The notes: generated by a model from the letters alone, not told the origin. A stretch of 44,700 bases of DNA from a virus (IMGVR_UViG_3300032069_000208:1-44700); one strand, 5' to 3'; positions 26,450 through 37,276 are shown, numbered from the stretch's first letter. Made by a program: numbers and translations.

Positions 26450-27432
26450 CACTTGGATCGCAGACCTCATTCGCCGAACGTATTTCCCGCTCGGCCGGGG
26501 CCAACACTATTTCGACTACCTCCGATGCCACTAAGCAGTACATCAATGAAGGAGTGCGGGAGTTTGCGACGAAAGTGCACGGGATCGCCACTTCTTCATT
26601 TCTGACGCTGGCACCCCAGATCGACATCGATACCAGTTTTGCGGCCCGCTACAGGATCACGGGGGGGAACTCGGCCCTGACTTCCACGGACGTAGTCCTT
26701 GTTTCCTCCACGCTTAACAACGCAACGCCGACCACGGTGGCAGCCCATGTAGCTTCCAACTTGAATGCGGCTCTTGCGGGCGTAGGGGCCAGTGCGTGCA
26801 TCACCATGGCGTGGTCGGCTTCAACCTGGACGTATTCTTTATGCGCTCCCGGGGCCACGCAGATCGTCATCGACTCTCCCGATGATATCCGCTGGGCAGA
26901 CGGAACGGATCTGGTGTTCGGCGGACAAATTACCAAGGCCAGCGCAACACTCACCTCGGGTATCCCCCAGGACTGCACGGTGGAGACTTCCCTTCCTACG
27001 GGATTCTTGGAGATGGATTTCGTCTACTACAACACGCAAAGAATCTATGCCGCCCCGTTCGACGTCTTCCTTCGTCCCAAGGCCTGGGGAACCCCGCAGT
27101 ACTACGGGGTGAAGAACAAGAAGATTCGCCTTTACCCCTCCCCCGACAACCAGGACTACTTCAAGATCGAATACTCCTGCCTGCCGGCGGACCTCGGGGT
27201 GGACGGAAGCTCCGATAGCGTCTCCTGCCCCCTTCCCGAAGAGACGCACATGGCACCCGTGTACTACGCCGCCGCCTGCCTCCTGGAGGAGTCTCACGAG
27301 TTTGACAAGGCCAGTTATTTCCAAGGGAAGTTTTTCCGGATGGCAAACGACTACAAGATGAGAGAGCATAACAATAACACAACCTTGCTCCCGGCGCAGA
27401 ATCCCTACGTCCTGCCAAAGGTGGTAATATGA
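26446..27432 (+). CDS. Head-tail adaptor protein with a Ser/Thr-rich inserted domain
   Basis: YINEGVREF..GTPQYY..IRLYPSPD..IEY..LPEETHMAPVYYAA. Confidence 0.72.
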   Translation: MTLGSQTSFAERISRSAGANTISTTSDATKQYINEGVREFATKVHGIATSSFLTLAPQIDIDTSFAARYRITGGNSALTSTDVVLVSSTLNNATPTTVAAHVASNLNAALAGVGASACITMAWSASTWTYSLCAPGATQIVIDSPDDIRWADGTDLVFGGQITKASATLTSGIPQDCTVETSLPTGFLEMDFVYYNTQRIYAAPFDVFLRPKAWGTPQYYGVKNKKIRLYPSPDNQDYFKIEYSCLPADLGVDGSSDSVSCPLPEETHMAPVYYAAACLLEESHEFDKASYFQGKFFRMANDYKMREHNNNTTLLPAQNPYVLPKVVI

Positions 27433-27461
27433 TGCTCCTTTCAGTTGTATACGAGTAGTCG

Positions 27462-29420
27462 ATGAGCGTCTTTGACTTTAACGACTTCCGGGGCGGGTAC
27501 ATGACCGATGTTCCCACCGACTTGATGAAGGACAACGAACTCCTCCAGGCCGACAACTGCTACTGGCGTAATGGTTTGAAGCAGAGACTCGGCAAAGCAT
27601 CGGTGGTCTCATTGACGGGAAGCGCGATCCGGGGCGGCATCCGGACTAAGGTTGCCGGTAACTGGTATACTTTTCTCGGCGTAGATACCACAGCGGCCGG
27701 GGCTGTTGAACTTAAGTACGGGACGGCAACGGCCTTCACCACCCTGACCATGCCCTCGGGGACCGCCTATACTTTGCAGACGGGCTACGATGTGCAGTTC
27801 GCCGTCCTCGATGAGCGGGTGGTGGCGGTCAACGGCTACGATAAGCCCACGGTGATATGGAACTCTGCCACGACGGCTTTCCAAACCGAAACGCTAGAAC
27901 GGTACGACTTGCGTACCATGGCCTCAGCGGACTGGAACGCAGGCCAGTATTACCCCTCTCTCAGCGCCACCATGTACATGACCGATACCTCGGATGCGCA
28001 GAGTGCCGCTTCCCAGGATTTCGCTTTCGCCACCTACTCGGTGACAAGCGGATTCTGGGTTGCCTGCGCTCATACATTCAACAAGGTCACACTTTACGAT
28101 GCCAAGGCGAACGCCACGGGCTCCATGACTTTCGAATATTACGGCCGGGCTTCCAGCGGAGCGGCCACGGGGTGGACCTCATTCACGCCGATCAATACTC
28201 CGACGTGGACCGCCGCCGAAAATAAAGAAATCGAGATGAACTTTCCCATTGACGCGAACACGAACGAACTTCTCATGGAGAAAGTAGCTTCGCTTAATTC
28301 CTCCATCGGCGGCGTCTTTGCCATGCGGTTCACGAACGCCAACACCATTGACTCCACCACGGCATGGGCGTGCGCCAACATCAAACTCGAACACTCCCAG
28401 TACCTCACGCAGATTCTCTTGAACGACCGGCCCGATACCGTGGCTACCCACAAAAGCCATTTGATCCTCGGGGCCGGTAACTGGATGCATATCTCCCCCT
28501 ATTCGACGGTGAAAGGATGGCGAGAAGCCGATAAGGAGTATTTCTCCGAGGGGGGCCTGGTGCAACAGATGGTACCCCAGCTCGACTATCTCGCCATCCT
28601 CCTTGATAACGCCATCTACGGATTGTACGGAAACTCCTGGCAGAATTGGTCTACCAAGCTCCTTGTCTCCAGGGGAACTATCGGCAAACGAACAGCCGCC
28701 GTGGTCAACGAGGAAGTGTATTTCGTCTCCCGGGATGGCATCTACGGGTGGAATGGAAGCCGGCTCCTGAAACTTTCCAAGCATATCAAGAGCGACATCG
28801 ACTCCTATACGAAAACCAACGCCGCCGCGGCCCAGATCAACGGAGAATACTGGGTCTCGTTCCCCAGCAACGCAATAACCGAAACTTTCGACCCCGACAC
28901 CCTTCGGATTGACGACGTAGGCGACGGGCGGGTGAGCTTCTACAAGTTCACCGGTTATCAGGTAGATCAGTTCATCCCCTACACCGGAGCCCTTGATACC
29001 GGGGCGCTCATGGCCATCGTCAACACCGGTTCCCAGGCCCGGCTGGATCAACTGGAAACGGCCAACTATGATAAGATCAGCGCTTCGGCCACGATCCCCT
29101 ACGTCTTTCGGACCCGTGATATCCCCTTCGAGAAATCACAACAGGCCAAGGTTTTCCGTCGCCTGAAAATCCAGGCCGCGCAGGCCACGGCCACGGCAGG
29201 GGCAGGCTATAGACTCGTTCATCATGCTTTCAGAAGCGACGGGGCGGCCACCTATTCCGCGAGCTTTGCCGTCTCCGTAGGTTCTGATATCTACACCACG
29301 TATCTCGGGATACCGCCGGGAATCGAAGGATATACCTATGGGCTTTCCGTATCGCACGACACGCAGTACGACGCCAATTTCTTCGGGTTCTCCGTGGATG
29401 TAGAAAAGAGGAGTTACTAA
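27462..29420 (+). CDS. Tail nozzle / DNA-stabilisation protein (P22 gp10/T7 gp12-like)
   Basis: N-terminal DFRGGYMTD..ADNC; VYFVSRDGIYGWNG..LSKHI beta-propeller pattern; follows the adaptor. Confidence 0.75.
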   Translation: MSVFDFNDFRGGYMTDVPTDLMKDNELLQADNCYWRNGLKQRLGKASVVSLTGSAIRGGIRTKVAGNWYTFLGVDTTAAGAVELKYGTATAFTTLTMPSGTAYTLQTGYDVQFAVLDERVVAVNGYDKPTVIWNSATTAFQTETLERYDLRTMASADWNAGQYYPSLSATMYMTDTSDAQSAASQDFAFATYSVTSGFWVACAHTFNKVTLYDAKANATGSMTFEYYGRASSGAATGWTSFTPINTPTWTAAENKEIEMNFPIDANTNELLMEKVASLNSSIGGVFAMRFTNANTIDSTTAWACANIKLEHSQYLTQILLNDRPDTVATHKSHLILGAGNWMHISPYSTVKGWREADKEYFSEGGLVQQMVPQLDYLAILLDNAIYGLYGNSWQNWSTKLLVSRGTIGKRTAAVVNEEVYFVSRDGIYGWNGSRLLKLSKHIKSDIDSYTKTNAAAAQINGEYWVSFPSNAITETFDPDTLRIDDVGDGRVSFYKFTGYQVDQFIPYTGALDTGALMAIVNTGSQARLDQLETANYDKISASATIPYVFRTRDIPFEKSQQAKVFRRLKIQAAQATATAGAGYRLVHHAFRSDGAATYSASFAVSVGSDIYTTYLGIPPGIEGYTYGLSVSHDTQYDANFFGFSVDVEKRSY

Positions 29421-29422
29421 AG

Positions 29423-30532
29423 ATGGCTTACGAAGTTCCAAATTGGGGAGGGTTGGCCTCTTTCACAGAATGGTGGAAATCCAACGCCGCGGGTCTGGCC
29501 TCTCAACAGGGAGCCTACTACAAGACGAAGTATATTGACCCCCTCAATAAACTGCTGGGATATAATGAAGGCACGGGCCAGTGGGGAACTTCTCCGTGGT
29601 CGAAGTACGGATGGGGGGATACCACAGATCCCAACTCATACGCCAGCAAGTACGCCGGATACCAAAGCGGGATGGATGCGTTGCTTGCGCGTCTCGGGGC
29701 GGGGCCGCAGGCCTCTGACATGCAGGATGCGGCCGCGCAGGTGGCGCAGTCCTATGGCTATTCTCCTGCTTCGTGGGCAATCATTCAGCAAAACATGGAA
29801 GCCCGGTTGAATGCTTCAAATGTCATGGGGACGGCTTCCGATCTGGCTTTGGCCCAACAACAGTCTCCGTTCGGTCAGGAACAGGCAAGGGCGAATGAAG
29901 TAGCTCTACGGCAAGCGGAAGCGGCGGTCGGGAAACAATTGGAGGCCATTTTCGGAGAACGCGGAGGACTGGCGGGCTTCCAGGCCGCCTATGATCTGAC
30001 AAGTCAATTGCAGAACACCTATCTCCAGCAGGTGACTCAACAGAACCTTGCGATGCTCGACCGCTCCATGGCGGCAGTTAACGGAGAGAACCAATATTAC
30101 CAGGAATTAGTTAACAAGGGAGCCATCCAGGCGCAGGATTATCTGCGGTTCCGATGGGATGCGTTTCAGACCAGTTATGCGGATTACGCGATGTCCATGG
30201 ACCAGGTTTTGAAGCAGTACACCACGGTCAATGCCACGGAATCGGAAAACCTTAAAAACCAGATCAATTCCATCACTAACGCCATGGCGCAGGAGATGGG
30301 GTTGAGCGACTGGACGCTGCAAAATGTCCAGGGATGGTACAACTTCTGGTCTCAGCTAATGCAGGACTACGATGCGGCGGCAGGAACACAGATCCCCCCG
30401 CAGAGCAACCGAGCGGATCTGGGCCCTCCGGAACCTGAGAGAACGGAGAGAACGGGCGGGGGTAGAGAACGAGATCGCGGAGGCGGGGGAAACACCTATG
30501 GCGACCTCCGAGGCGGGGGCGGCCCCTTGTAG
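29423..30532 (+). CDS. Putative internal virion/ejection protein
   Basis: Gln/Ala-rich helical protein after the nozzle. Confidence 0.6.
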   Translation: MAYEVPNWGGLASFTEWWKSNAAGLASQQGAYYKTKYIDPLNKLLGYNEGTGQWGTSPWSKYGWGDTTDPNSYASKYAGYQSGMDALLARLGAGPQASDMQDAAAQVAQSYGYSPASWAIIQQNMEARLNASNVMGTASDLALAQQQSPFGQEQARANEVALRQAEAAVGKQLEAIFGERGGLAGFQAAYDLTSQLQNTYLQQVTQQNLAMLDRSMAAVNGENQYYQELVNKGAIQAQDYLRFRWDAFQTSYADYAMSMDQVLKQYTTVNATESENLKNQINSITNAMAQEMGLSDWTLQNVQGWYNFWSQLMQDYDAAAGTQIPPQSNRADLGPPEPERTERTGGGRERDRGGGGNTYGDLRGGGGPL

Positions 30533-30541
30533 GAGGACAAT

Positions 30542-30868
30542 ATGCAGTCATATCCAAATGAGTCTATAAAAGAGTACTTGGATGCCAAGAAAGCCCGGTC
30601 CGAACAGGGCCTTGGAATGCTGTTCAGGATTCTGGGCGGAGGGGCCATCGGTCTGTTGACCGGCGGCCCGCTCGGGGCGATTGCCGGAGCCGGCTCGGGG
30701 CTTTTGGGCTCAATGGGCGTACAGGCTCCTGCAAAAGACATCCAGTCAGCCATGGACAAGTTTCTCCAGTGGAAGCAGGGCTATCAGTCGCCCCAGACCC
30801 TCATGGGGGGCCATAGAGCAAGTTCTTATGGAGACCCTGGAGCATGGGGTCGTTCAACGTGGGAGTAG
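30542..30868 (+). CDS. Putative ejection protein with glycine-zipper segment
   Basis: LGGGAIGLLTGGPLGAIAGAGSGLLG. Confidence 0.6.
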   Translation: MQSYPNESIKEYLDAKKARSEQGLGMLFRILGGGAIGLLTGGPLGAIAGAGSGLLGSMGVQAPAKDIQSAMDKFLQWKQGYQSPQTLMGGHRASSYGDPGAWGRSTWE

Positions 30869-30871
30869 AGA

Positions 30872-31969
30872 ATGAGTAGCATCGCCGATTACCTTTTCAA
30901 GAAGGAAGAGGTCAAGCGCCAGAAGCAGCAGGACTTCTTCAACAACATCCTGAATGCCGTCAAGACGGGCACCGATGTGTGGACAGCGCTCCAAGAATCG
31001 GGAAAGTACAATCCCGGCTCCTCATACATGAAGGCTCAGGAACTCATATCCAAGACCTGGCCCGAGGAGAACGCGGCATTCCAAGCGGCTCAAGAGAAGG
31101 GACTCTATGATTACAAGCGGCAGAATCCCGAGAAACCCGCTCAACAGGTAGCAAATGAATGGTTGATGAGCGAGCCGGGTCAGGCTTTTCTTAAAATGGG
31201 ATACACACGGGAAGATGCTGTACGCGCGGCGGAACAAGCTAATGCTATGGCAAGGATTGATGCTTCCCAAGGCGGCAAGGGGATGCAGGACAGCACGTGG
31301 GAAGCCTATAAACAGGGACTTGGCGGAGCCCAAGATGCATTCCTGATGCGGGATGAAATGGGGAATTCCGTATGGAAACCGGGCGTGAATAAGGAACAGG
31401 TCAGACAATTTCTCTACAGGTTTGTTGCCATGGCCGATTCCAGAGATCAGGATAAGCTGAGGCAGTTGTTTGACGCCTGGGTGGATTTTCCCACGATGTC
31501 GGGGCCGCCCACAACCTTGGGTGCGAAGACTCCTGCTATCGATTTGGGGCCAATTATGAAAACGATTCAGGAAATTTTGGCTGCTTCCAGGAATGCAAAT
31601 CCAAATATCGACCTGACTCCGCCACCGAACAAACAGAATCCGACCATGGGAGAGCCCCCCGCTACGATATGGCCCTTCGGAAGCATGGGTTTGACCGGGG
31701 CAGGGCAACCGTATGGTACAGCTTCCAATCTTGCAGCACGTGAACAGGATAAAATGGAGAATGCTGCTGCCGACCAACTTGCTAACCTTAAAAATCGCGG
31801 GATAACTCAGGAAGAACGATCGGTGATCGAATGGGCGATTCCGGAATTGAGAAAACCTGGGCCGAGCGAGCAGTGGGAGAAAATTGCCGCGATTGTCAAA
31901 GCTCTCTCAGCAAAGTATAAGGCTCTCGGCGCACCTACGGAGGTCCCGAAAGGTAGCGGATTATATTGA
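30872..31969 (+). CDS. Putative internal virion/ejection protein
   Basis: 365-aa helical protein in the ejection block. Confidence 0.6.
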   Translation: MSSIADYLFKKEEVKRQKQQDFFNNILNAVKTGTDVWTALQESGKYNPGSSYMKAQELISKTWPEENAAFQAAQEKGLYDYKRQNPEKPAQQVANEWLMSEPGQAFLKMGYTREDAVRAAEQANAMARIDASQGGKGMQDSTWEAYKQGLGGAQDAFLMRDEMGNSVWKPGVNKEQVRQFLYRFVAMADSRDQDKLRQLFDAWVDFPTMSGPPTTLGAKTPAIDLGPIMKTIQEILAASRNANPNIDLTPPPNKQNPTMGEPPATIWPFGSMGLTGAGQPYGTASNLAAREQDKMENAAADQLANLKNRGITQEERSVIEWAIPELRKPGPSEQWEKIAAIVKALSAKYKALGAPTEVPKGSGLY

Positions 31970-34900
31970 ACCTGAGTCCCTTGCGTTCCACCCTTTCCCG
32001 GTTCTCCTCTCCACTTTCCCGGCAAGCACGCGGGGGGCTTGATCCCTCTGTTCTTCCCTATGTTCCCAAGGTCATACAGGAGGAACAACAGAAAGCGCGC
32101 GGCCTCCAGCCGCTTCAACTTGTACTAGACGTTCTCCAGCGGGGCCAGTATCTAACGGCGAACATGGCCGATGAAATCCAACAATCCCTCCAGAACGGAA
32201 CTCCGCTTACGGAGGCCACGGCCAATGTCTTGAAGGCCGCATTCCAGGGGATCAGCGGCAAACGCAAGGGAGATTGGGAGACCCTTCTTTTCGGAGGGAA
32301 CATCGAAGGCGGGGGAGAGCGGCCCGGGTGGTTGCCGCAAAGCTTGAAGGCGGGAGCCAACGAACCTCTTATTCGCTGGGGACAGGAAGGAAGCACAGGA
32401 CTTGCTGAGGGGATTTTGCGGCCCCGAAAACTCGTGGGGCTGGCGGCAAATATCGCACTGGACCCTACTACCTATCTCACCTTTGGAGCCTCGAAGCTTG
32501 CCACCGCGACAGCGGGTAAATACGCCGAAGATGTTTTGAAACTCACTGTAGCTACCATGGGGCCGGAGGACTTTGCCAAACTTGGTCTCAATTTTTCGCA
32601 AAAGGTGGGCAAGAACGTCGAAAATGTACTCAAAGCGGTCGGAAGCAACGACGTAGCCAGACGCTACTTCGCCGACGTGTACAATAAGGCATACCAGAAC
32701 GCGCTCAGAAACCCGGCAGAGAAAGTCGTGCAGGACATCGCCCCCCAACTGGAAGTCGCCGGGCAGAGGGCAGCGGAAACGCCGGGTCTTGCCAACCTGA
32801 TTGAGAAAATGAAGCCAGCCGAGTATGCGGGAGCAGGCGAACGGTCCATGGGTTTCCTCGGGAAGCAGTTTGCAACGGGCGTCCGCCAACCGTGGTTGCC
32901 TTCCCGGGCGTGGGACACGATCAAAGCTCACCTGGACACCACGGCTCCGGGCCGGGGGAAACTCGCCGATGCCTGGTATGCGATAATGAACACCGGCCCC
33001 ATCGGAGGCATCAAGCAAGCCTTCGGGATCAGGAACCCCTACGAGCAAATGCTTCACCTGAAAGCCCACCGGATATCGGAGCTTGGCATTCATACCATCG
33101 CGGAGCAGGAAACGCAGATGGCACACCAGGTGCTTTCCAAATACGACCAGCAGACCGTCGATGCTGCCAGGAATGCTACGATCAAAGCCGAAGCGGATGC
33201 GGCGGCAGCCGGGCTGTATAAACCTGATTTCGCTGGGGATGTGGCGCCTTTCCAGGTTACGAACAAACTCGATACCCCTATTTTCCAGCAATACCTTGGG
33301 CTTAAACCCGAACAAGTGGGAAAGGTCAAGGAACTGTTGGGGGATATCGAACGCATAAAGAGCCGCTGGCGCAATGAGGAAAACGCGATAGTCCAGAAGG
33401 TGGGGATGCCCGAGAACGCGGTATCGGATCGAATCAATTACTTTCCGCAGGGCGGCGTCGGCTCTGGCGAGATGGGCGGGAATGTCGTCTCCGCTGTCAG
33501 GCCCGGTGGGGGTACGGGAATTGCCAAGCACAAGCACATAACGGTTGAACAGCGTGTCCAGAATAATGCCGAGATGTTGAAGTTCCTGATGGGAGATCAA
33601 TTGAAGGCGGCCTGGACAAAAGCCGGCGAACTTCAGCCCTACGATGAGTTTGTGCGGCAGTTTGTCATAGACCACAATCTCGCCGATACCTCCTTGGACC
33701 TGGCCGAGGCGTATAAGCTGCGGGCTATCGCACACGCCAAGTTCATGGCGAAGTACAACCTCATAGACGAGTTTCGTCAGTTCGGCGTACCGATTCAGGA
33801 TGCCATTCAAGCCGTCCCCGGCCTTCAGGGTGCTTTGGTTACCTACGGGCAGGGGACCTCCAAGATCGGGCTGTACAAGGTGAACGCACCCGGCTTCGAG
33901 CAATATCTTTTCGATGCTCCCACCGCGCAGGCTATAACCAACGTCTCTATCCCGCTCTCTTCAGATCAGGGCACCCGAACCCTGGCCCGGGCATTCAACT
34001 ACTTCACCACGATGTGGAAGGGCTTTGTCACGATGACCCCCGGCTTCCATATCCGAAACTGGATACAGAATAACCTTACAGGGTTCATCAAGTTCGGCCC
34101 CCGCTGGTTCGATCTTCGCCAGACTTTTGGTCCCGTGGCCGCAGGAGTCGCTTACGCCCTTCACCCCGAGAAGTACGCCGATCTTCTAAAAGGATCGTTG
34201 AAGGTAAGCGACGGATGGATCGCTCAGCAACTCAATAAGCGCGTCGGGGATTTCTCGGTCAAAGAACTTGCCGACTGGGCCAGGCAGGCGGGAACCATCG
34301 GGAGTCGCACTCAGATAGCCGAAGAGGGAATAGGGATCGGTACCAAGGTCAACCCCTTCTCGAAGGGATTTGTCGGATTCCGCTACTCCAAGGAAGTCGG
34401 GGATGTGGTGGAAAACTCCGCCAAGTTCCAGTCCTTCCTCATGGACTACATGGACATCGCTCGCAGCGCTCGGCCAGAGGAGGATCTTGCAAGTCGCCTT
34501 GCTTCTCAGAAACAATTCCTGGAGTACGCCGATGGGGAAACCAAAAAGTGGTTCCTCGAATATTCCGACCTCACCCCCTTCGAGCAGAAGGTGATGAGGA
34601 AGATCATCCCATTCTATGCCTGGTTGAGGAAGAACGCAGCCAACCAGCTTTCCGGTCTCGTTCTCTATCCTGAGACATACTCGGTAATTCCGAAGGTTCG
34701 GGGTGCGCTTACGAATGATGAGGATTTCAACTATTCCCTCATGCCCGACTACATGAAGAACATGGGCTACTATCCCGTGGGCAAGACGGCGGCGGGGACG
34801 AACATCATGCGGTGGGCGAATATTGCGCTGGAAGACTTGAACAAGATTCCCGTGCTGTTCAACGAGGGGCGCTTGACGGGGGCTACGTTCACGGGCGATG

Positions 34901-35529
34901 AGATGCTTTCGGATATCATGGCCAACGCGCACCCGCTGATAAAGACGTTTGTGGAAATGGTGGCGGGAAAGGACTTGTACCACAAGAGAGACATCCGGCC
35001 GTTCGAGCGGGCCGCTCCCGTTTTCCAGTATTTGAACAACGCCCCTGGGGTGATCCAGTTTCTGGATGGAGCGATGCGCACGGCGGGTTTCGAGAACGGT
35101 ATCCGAATCCAAGTGCATCGAGACGGCAAGCAGATAGAGATGGACGGCAAGGTCCAGCGGGTGCTGGATACCAACCTGCCAGCCCTCCGCACGCTGGACA
35201 TGATGATATCCACGCCGGAGGTGCTGGCCGAGCAGATCGCCCCATCCGTTCAGACGTGGATCGAGCGGGTATTTGGAAAGACCGATTACTACACGGGGCT
35301 ACAGGAATTGTTCCAGGTAATAAGCAGGGTAGGAGGGATGAAGTTTGCCGAGGTATCGCAAGAGGAGCAAGCGAAACTCAAGGAAGCGCAGATGAAGGGA
35401 AGGCTTTCGCAATTGAAAGCGCAGGCGGAAAAAGACCAACTGGCCAACGAGGCCCGCTACTTGAGGTCGAGAAAGACTTCGGAATCCCGCAACAAGCGGC
35501 TGTTCGGTCAGTATACGAGGGGGCGGTAG
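31966..35529 (+). CDS. Large DNA-ejection protein
   Basis: 1187 aa; NIALDPTTYL, WKGFVT..PGFHIRN, YSDLTPFEQKVMRKIIPFYAWLRKN motifs typical of podoviral ejection proteins. Confidence 0.75.
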   Translation: MNLSPLRSTLSRFSSPLSRQARGGLDPSVLPYVPKVIQEEQQKARGLQPLQLVLDVLQRGQYLTANMADEIQQSLQNGTPLTEATANVLKAAFQGISGKRKGDWETLLFGGNIEGGGERPGWLPQSLKAGANEPLIRWGQEGSTGLAEGILRPRKLVGLAANIALDPTTYLTFGASKLATATAGKYAEDVLKLTVATMGPEDFAKLGLNFSQKVGKNVENVLKAVGSNDVARRYFADVYNKAYQNALRNPAEKVVQDIAPQLEVAGQRAAETPGLANLIEKMKPAEYAGAGERSMGFLGKQFATGVRQPWLPSRAWDTIKAHLDTTAPGRGKLADAWYAIMNTGPIGGIKQAFGIRNPYEQMLHLKAHRISELGIHTIAEQETQMAHQVLSKYDQQTVDAARNATIKAEADAAAAGLYKPDFAGDVAPFQVTNKLDTPIFQQYLGLKPEQVGKVKELLGDIERIKSRWRNEENAIVQKVGMPENAVSDRINYFPQGGVGSGEMGGNVVSAVRPGGGTGIAKHKHITVEQRVQNNAEMLKFLMGDQLKAAWTKAGELQPYDEFVRQFVIDHNLADTSLDLAEAYKLRAIAHAKFMAKYNLIDEFRQFGVPIQDAIQAVPGLQGALVTYGQGTSKIGLYKVNAPGFEQYLFDAPTAQAITNVSIPLSSDQGTRTLARAFNYFTTMWKGFVTMTPGFHIRNWIQNNLTGFIKFGPRWFDLRQTFGPVAAGVAYALHPEKYADLLKGSLKVSDGWIAQQLNKRVGDFSVKELADWARQAGTIGSRTQIAEEGIGIGTKVNPFSKGFVGFRYSKEVGDVVENSAKFQSFLMDYMDIARSARPEEDLASRLASQKQFLEYADGETKKWFLEYSDLTPFEQKVMRKIIPFYAWLRKNAANQLSGLVLYPETYSVIPKVRGALTNDEDFNYSLMPDYMKNMGYYPVGKTAAGTNIMRWANIALEDLNKIPVLFNEGRLTGATFTGDEMLSDIMANAHPLIKTFVEMVAGKDLYHKRDIRPFERAAPVFQYLNNAPGVIQFLDGAMRTAGFENGIRIQVHRDGKQIEMDGKVQRVLDTNLPALRTLDMMISTPEVLAEQIAPSVQTWIERVFGKTDYYTGLQELFQVISRVGGMKFAEVSQEEQAKLKEAQMKGRLSQLKAQAEKDQLANEARYLRSRKTSESRNKRLFGQYTRGR

Positions 35530-35530
35530 T

Positions 35531-37216
35531 ATGGCGCGAGACTTTGCACAAATTGAAGCGGCGGCCAAGGCTTCCGCAGACGCCGTGGCGCAGGCCAATA
35601 CACTGGCCCTGCCGCCGGGCTACATCAACGGCTTCGGGGTTACGCTGAAGAAAGACTATACCGTGACGGTCAGCGGCGGGGCGGCCAACGTCAGAGGCAA
35701 GCAGGTAAAGCTGGAAGATGCGCACTTGCTGACTTTGCAGGATTGGGTTGCCCCCCGCATGGATACGCCCCAGCACTACTACATCTACCTCTCGCTGGAA
35801 GGAAACATCTACGTCGATATCGTGAAGCCGGTCTTCAACGACTTCTACGGCTACTACGAGCAGCCCGATTACGGCTGGCGCGTGTTGGGAAAGTTGTTTG
35901 TGAAATCCAACAATATCATCTACGCGATCAAAGACGTGGAGCGCTCTGGCAGGACGGTGACCGTAGGTGCCTCCGATTACGTCGGATATGCGGACTACTA
36001 TTGCGACGGTACAGCCGATCAAGTCCTAATTAACATGGCGATCCAATATGTTTCGAGCGCTTATGGTGGAGGAACAGTTCTGCTTTCAGAGGGCAATTTC
36101 AACATTGCTTGTGATGCGAGTACCGGGATTGCCATTTCCATGCTTTCTAACGTAGTTCTTCGAGGAGCGGGAAATGGTACCAATCTTCATATAGATACAG
36201 ATAGTGCAACCAATGCTTTCGGTATATATGCAAGTGGGATTAGCAACATTAATATATCGTTTTTCCAGATTGCATCTGTTAACGGCGCAACCAGCTATGG
36301 TATATATGCAGCGAACATAAGCAATGTAGTAATAACCGCAATAAGAAGTTCATGCGCATTACGGTCACATATAACGCTAAGCGGGACGGGAAATGGCGCA
36401 ATTACGGACTGTGTCATTGATTGTTCCTCGGTAGTGGGAGGGCTAACGGATGGCATTATCTGTGCAGTTCCAAGGGCACTCATAACAGGGAACCAAATAC
36501 GGTCGCTTAGGGGTTCAATGGCCGAAGGTATATACGTTTTTGGAGATGGAGCTATAGTAAGTGATAATCTTATCTATGACTTATCGGGTTCTCTCGCAGC
36601 CGGATACAATTCTGGCATCCGCGTAACTTCAAACTACGCCTCTATTACGGGAAACAGAATTGAAAAAGTCAAAAACAGTGGTACGGCGACTAATGCTGGA
36701 GGTATATCCGTGGCCGCTGTAAACAACAATGCTTTGGATCATAACTATTGCTACAACAACGGCCTTGACACTGGTATCGCCAACACTAACGGCAATAACT
36801 TCTCCGACGCTGGCACCGACACACAGACGTACTCCAACTCCTGGCAGTCCCCCGTCTCCGGCGAGCCGAGCCTCGGGACGGCGCATAAACATCATGCGGC
36901 TCTTGTAGCGGCGGGTTCCATAAATGCTGGTAATACCGTTGATGTTAATGCAAATACCTTGGCGGGGATTCCCATAGGATCGAAGGCGATCAATATACGC
37001 GGATATTGTGTTGTGTCTTTGGCGGACGGTTATCCGACACTGGAGGATTCGTCCAGCAATATCAATATCTATGGAGTTGAAGTTTACGCAAATGGAAAGG
37101 TTTCCGTTTTTAATGGTCTGGTGATTTTCGCTCCCGGAGACTACTTTTTGAGAATTCGTGCCAACGTCGGAAACATTACCGCCCTTAATATATGGACTAC
37201 AGCTTACTATATTTGA
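35531..37216 (+). CDS. Tailspike with right-handed beta-helix (pectate-lyase-like)
   Basis: DYYCDGTADQVLINMAI..GGGTVLLSEGNF..SNVVLRGAG, then ITGNxI/VSDNxI repeats. Confidence 0.82.
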   Translation: MARDFAQIEAAAKASADAVAQANTLALPPGYINGFGVTLKKDYTVTVSGGAANVRGKQVKLEDAHLLTLQDWVAPRMDTPQHYYIYLSLEGNIYVDIVKPVFNDFYGYYEQPDYGWRVLGKLFVKSNNIIYAIKDVERSGRTVTVGASDYVGYADYYCDGTADQVLINMAIQYVSSAYGGGTVLLSEGNFNIACDASTGIAISMLSNVVLRGAGNGTNLHIDTDSATNAFGIYASGISNINISFFQIASVNGATSYGIYAANISNVVITAIRSSCALRSHITLSGTGNGAITDCVIDCSSVVGGLTDGIICAVPRALITGNQIRSLRGSMAEGIYVFGDGAIVSDNLIYDLSGSLAAGYNSGIRVTSNYASITGNRIEKVKNSGTATNAGGISVAAVNNNALDHNYCYNNGLDTGIANTNGNNFSDAGTDTQTYSNSWQSPVSGEPSLGTAHKHHAALVAAGSINAGNTVDVNANTLAGIPIGSKAINIRGYCVVSLADGYPTLEDSSSNINIYGVEVYANGKVSVFNGLVIFAPGDYFLRIRANVGNITALNIWTTAYYI

Positions 37217-37276
37217 CCGGGGGACCATGATGGAAACGAGATGTGGCGGTCCGGCAACCATGGAGGAGAGTGGCGA

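Noticed and set aside
32152-33903. 583-aa minus-strand ORF, and similar ones at 24113..24940, 28179..29051, 31022..31777 and 34186..35118
   Set aside because: Antisense shadows of GC3-rich structural genes, with no recognisable motifs.
35531-37216. Diversity-generating retroelement acting on the tailspike
   Set aside because: No reverse transcriptase and no template/variable repeat pair seen.
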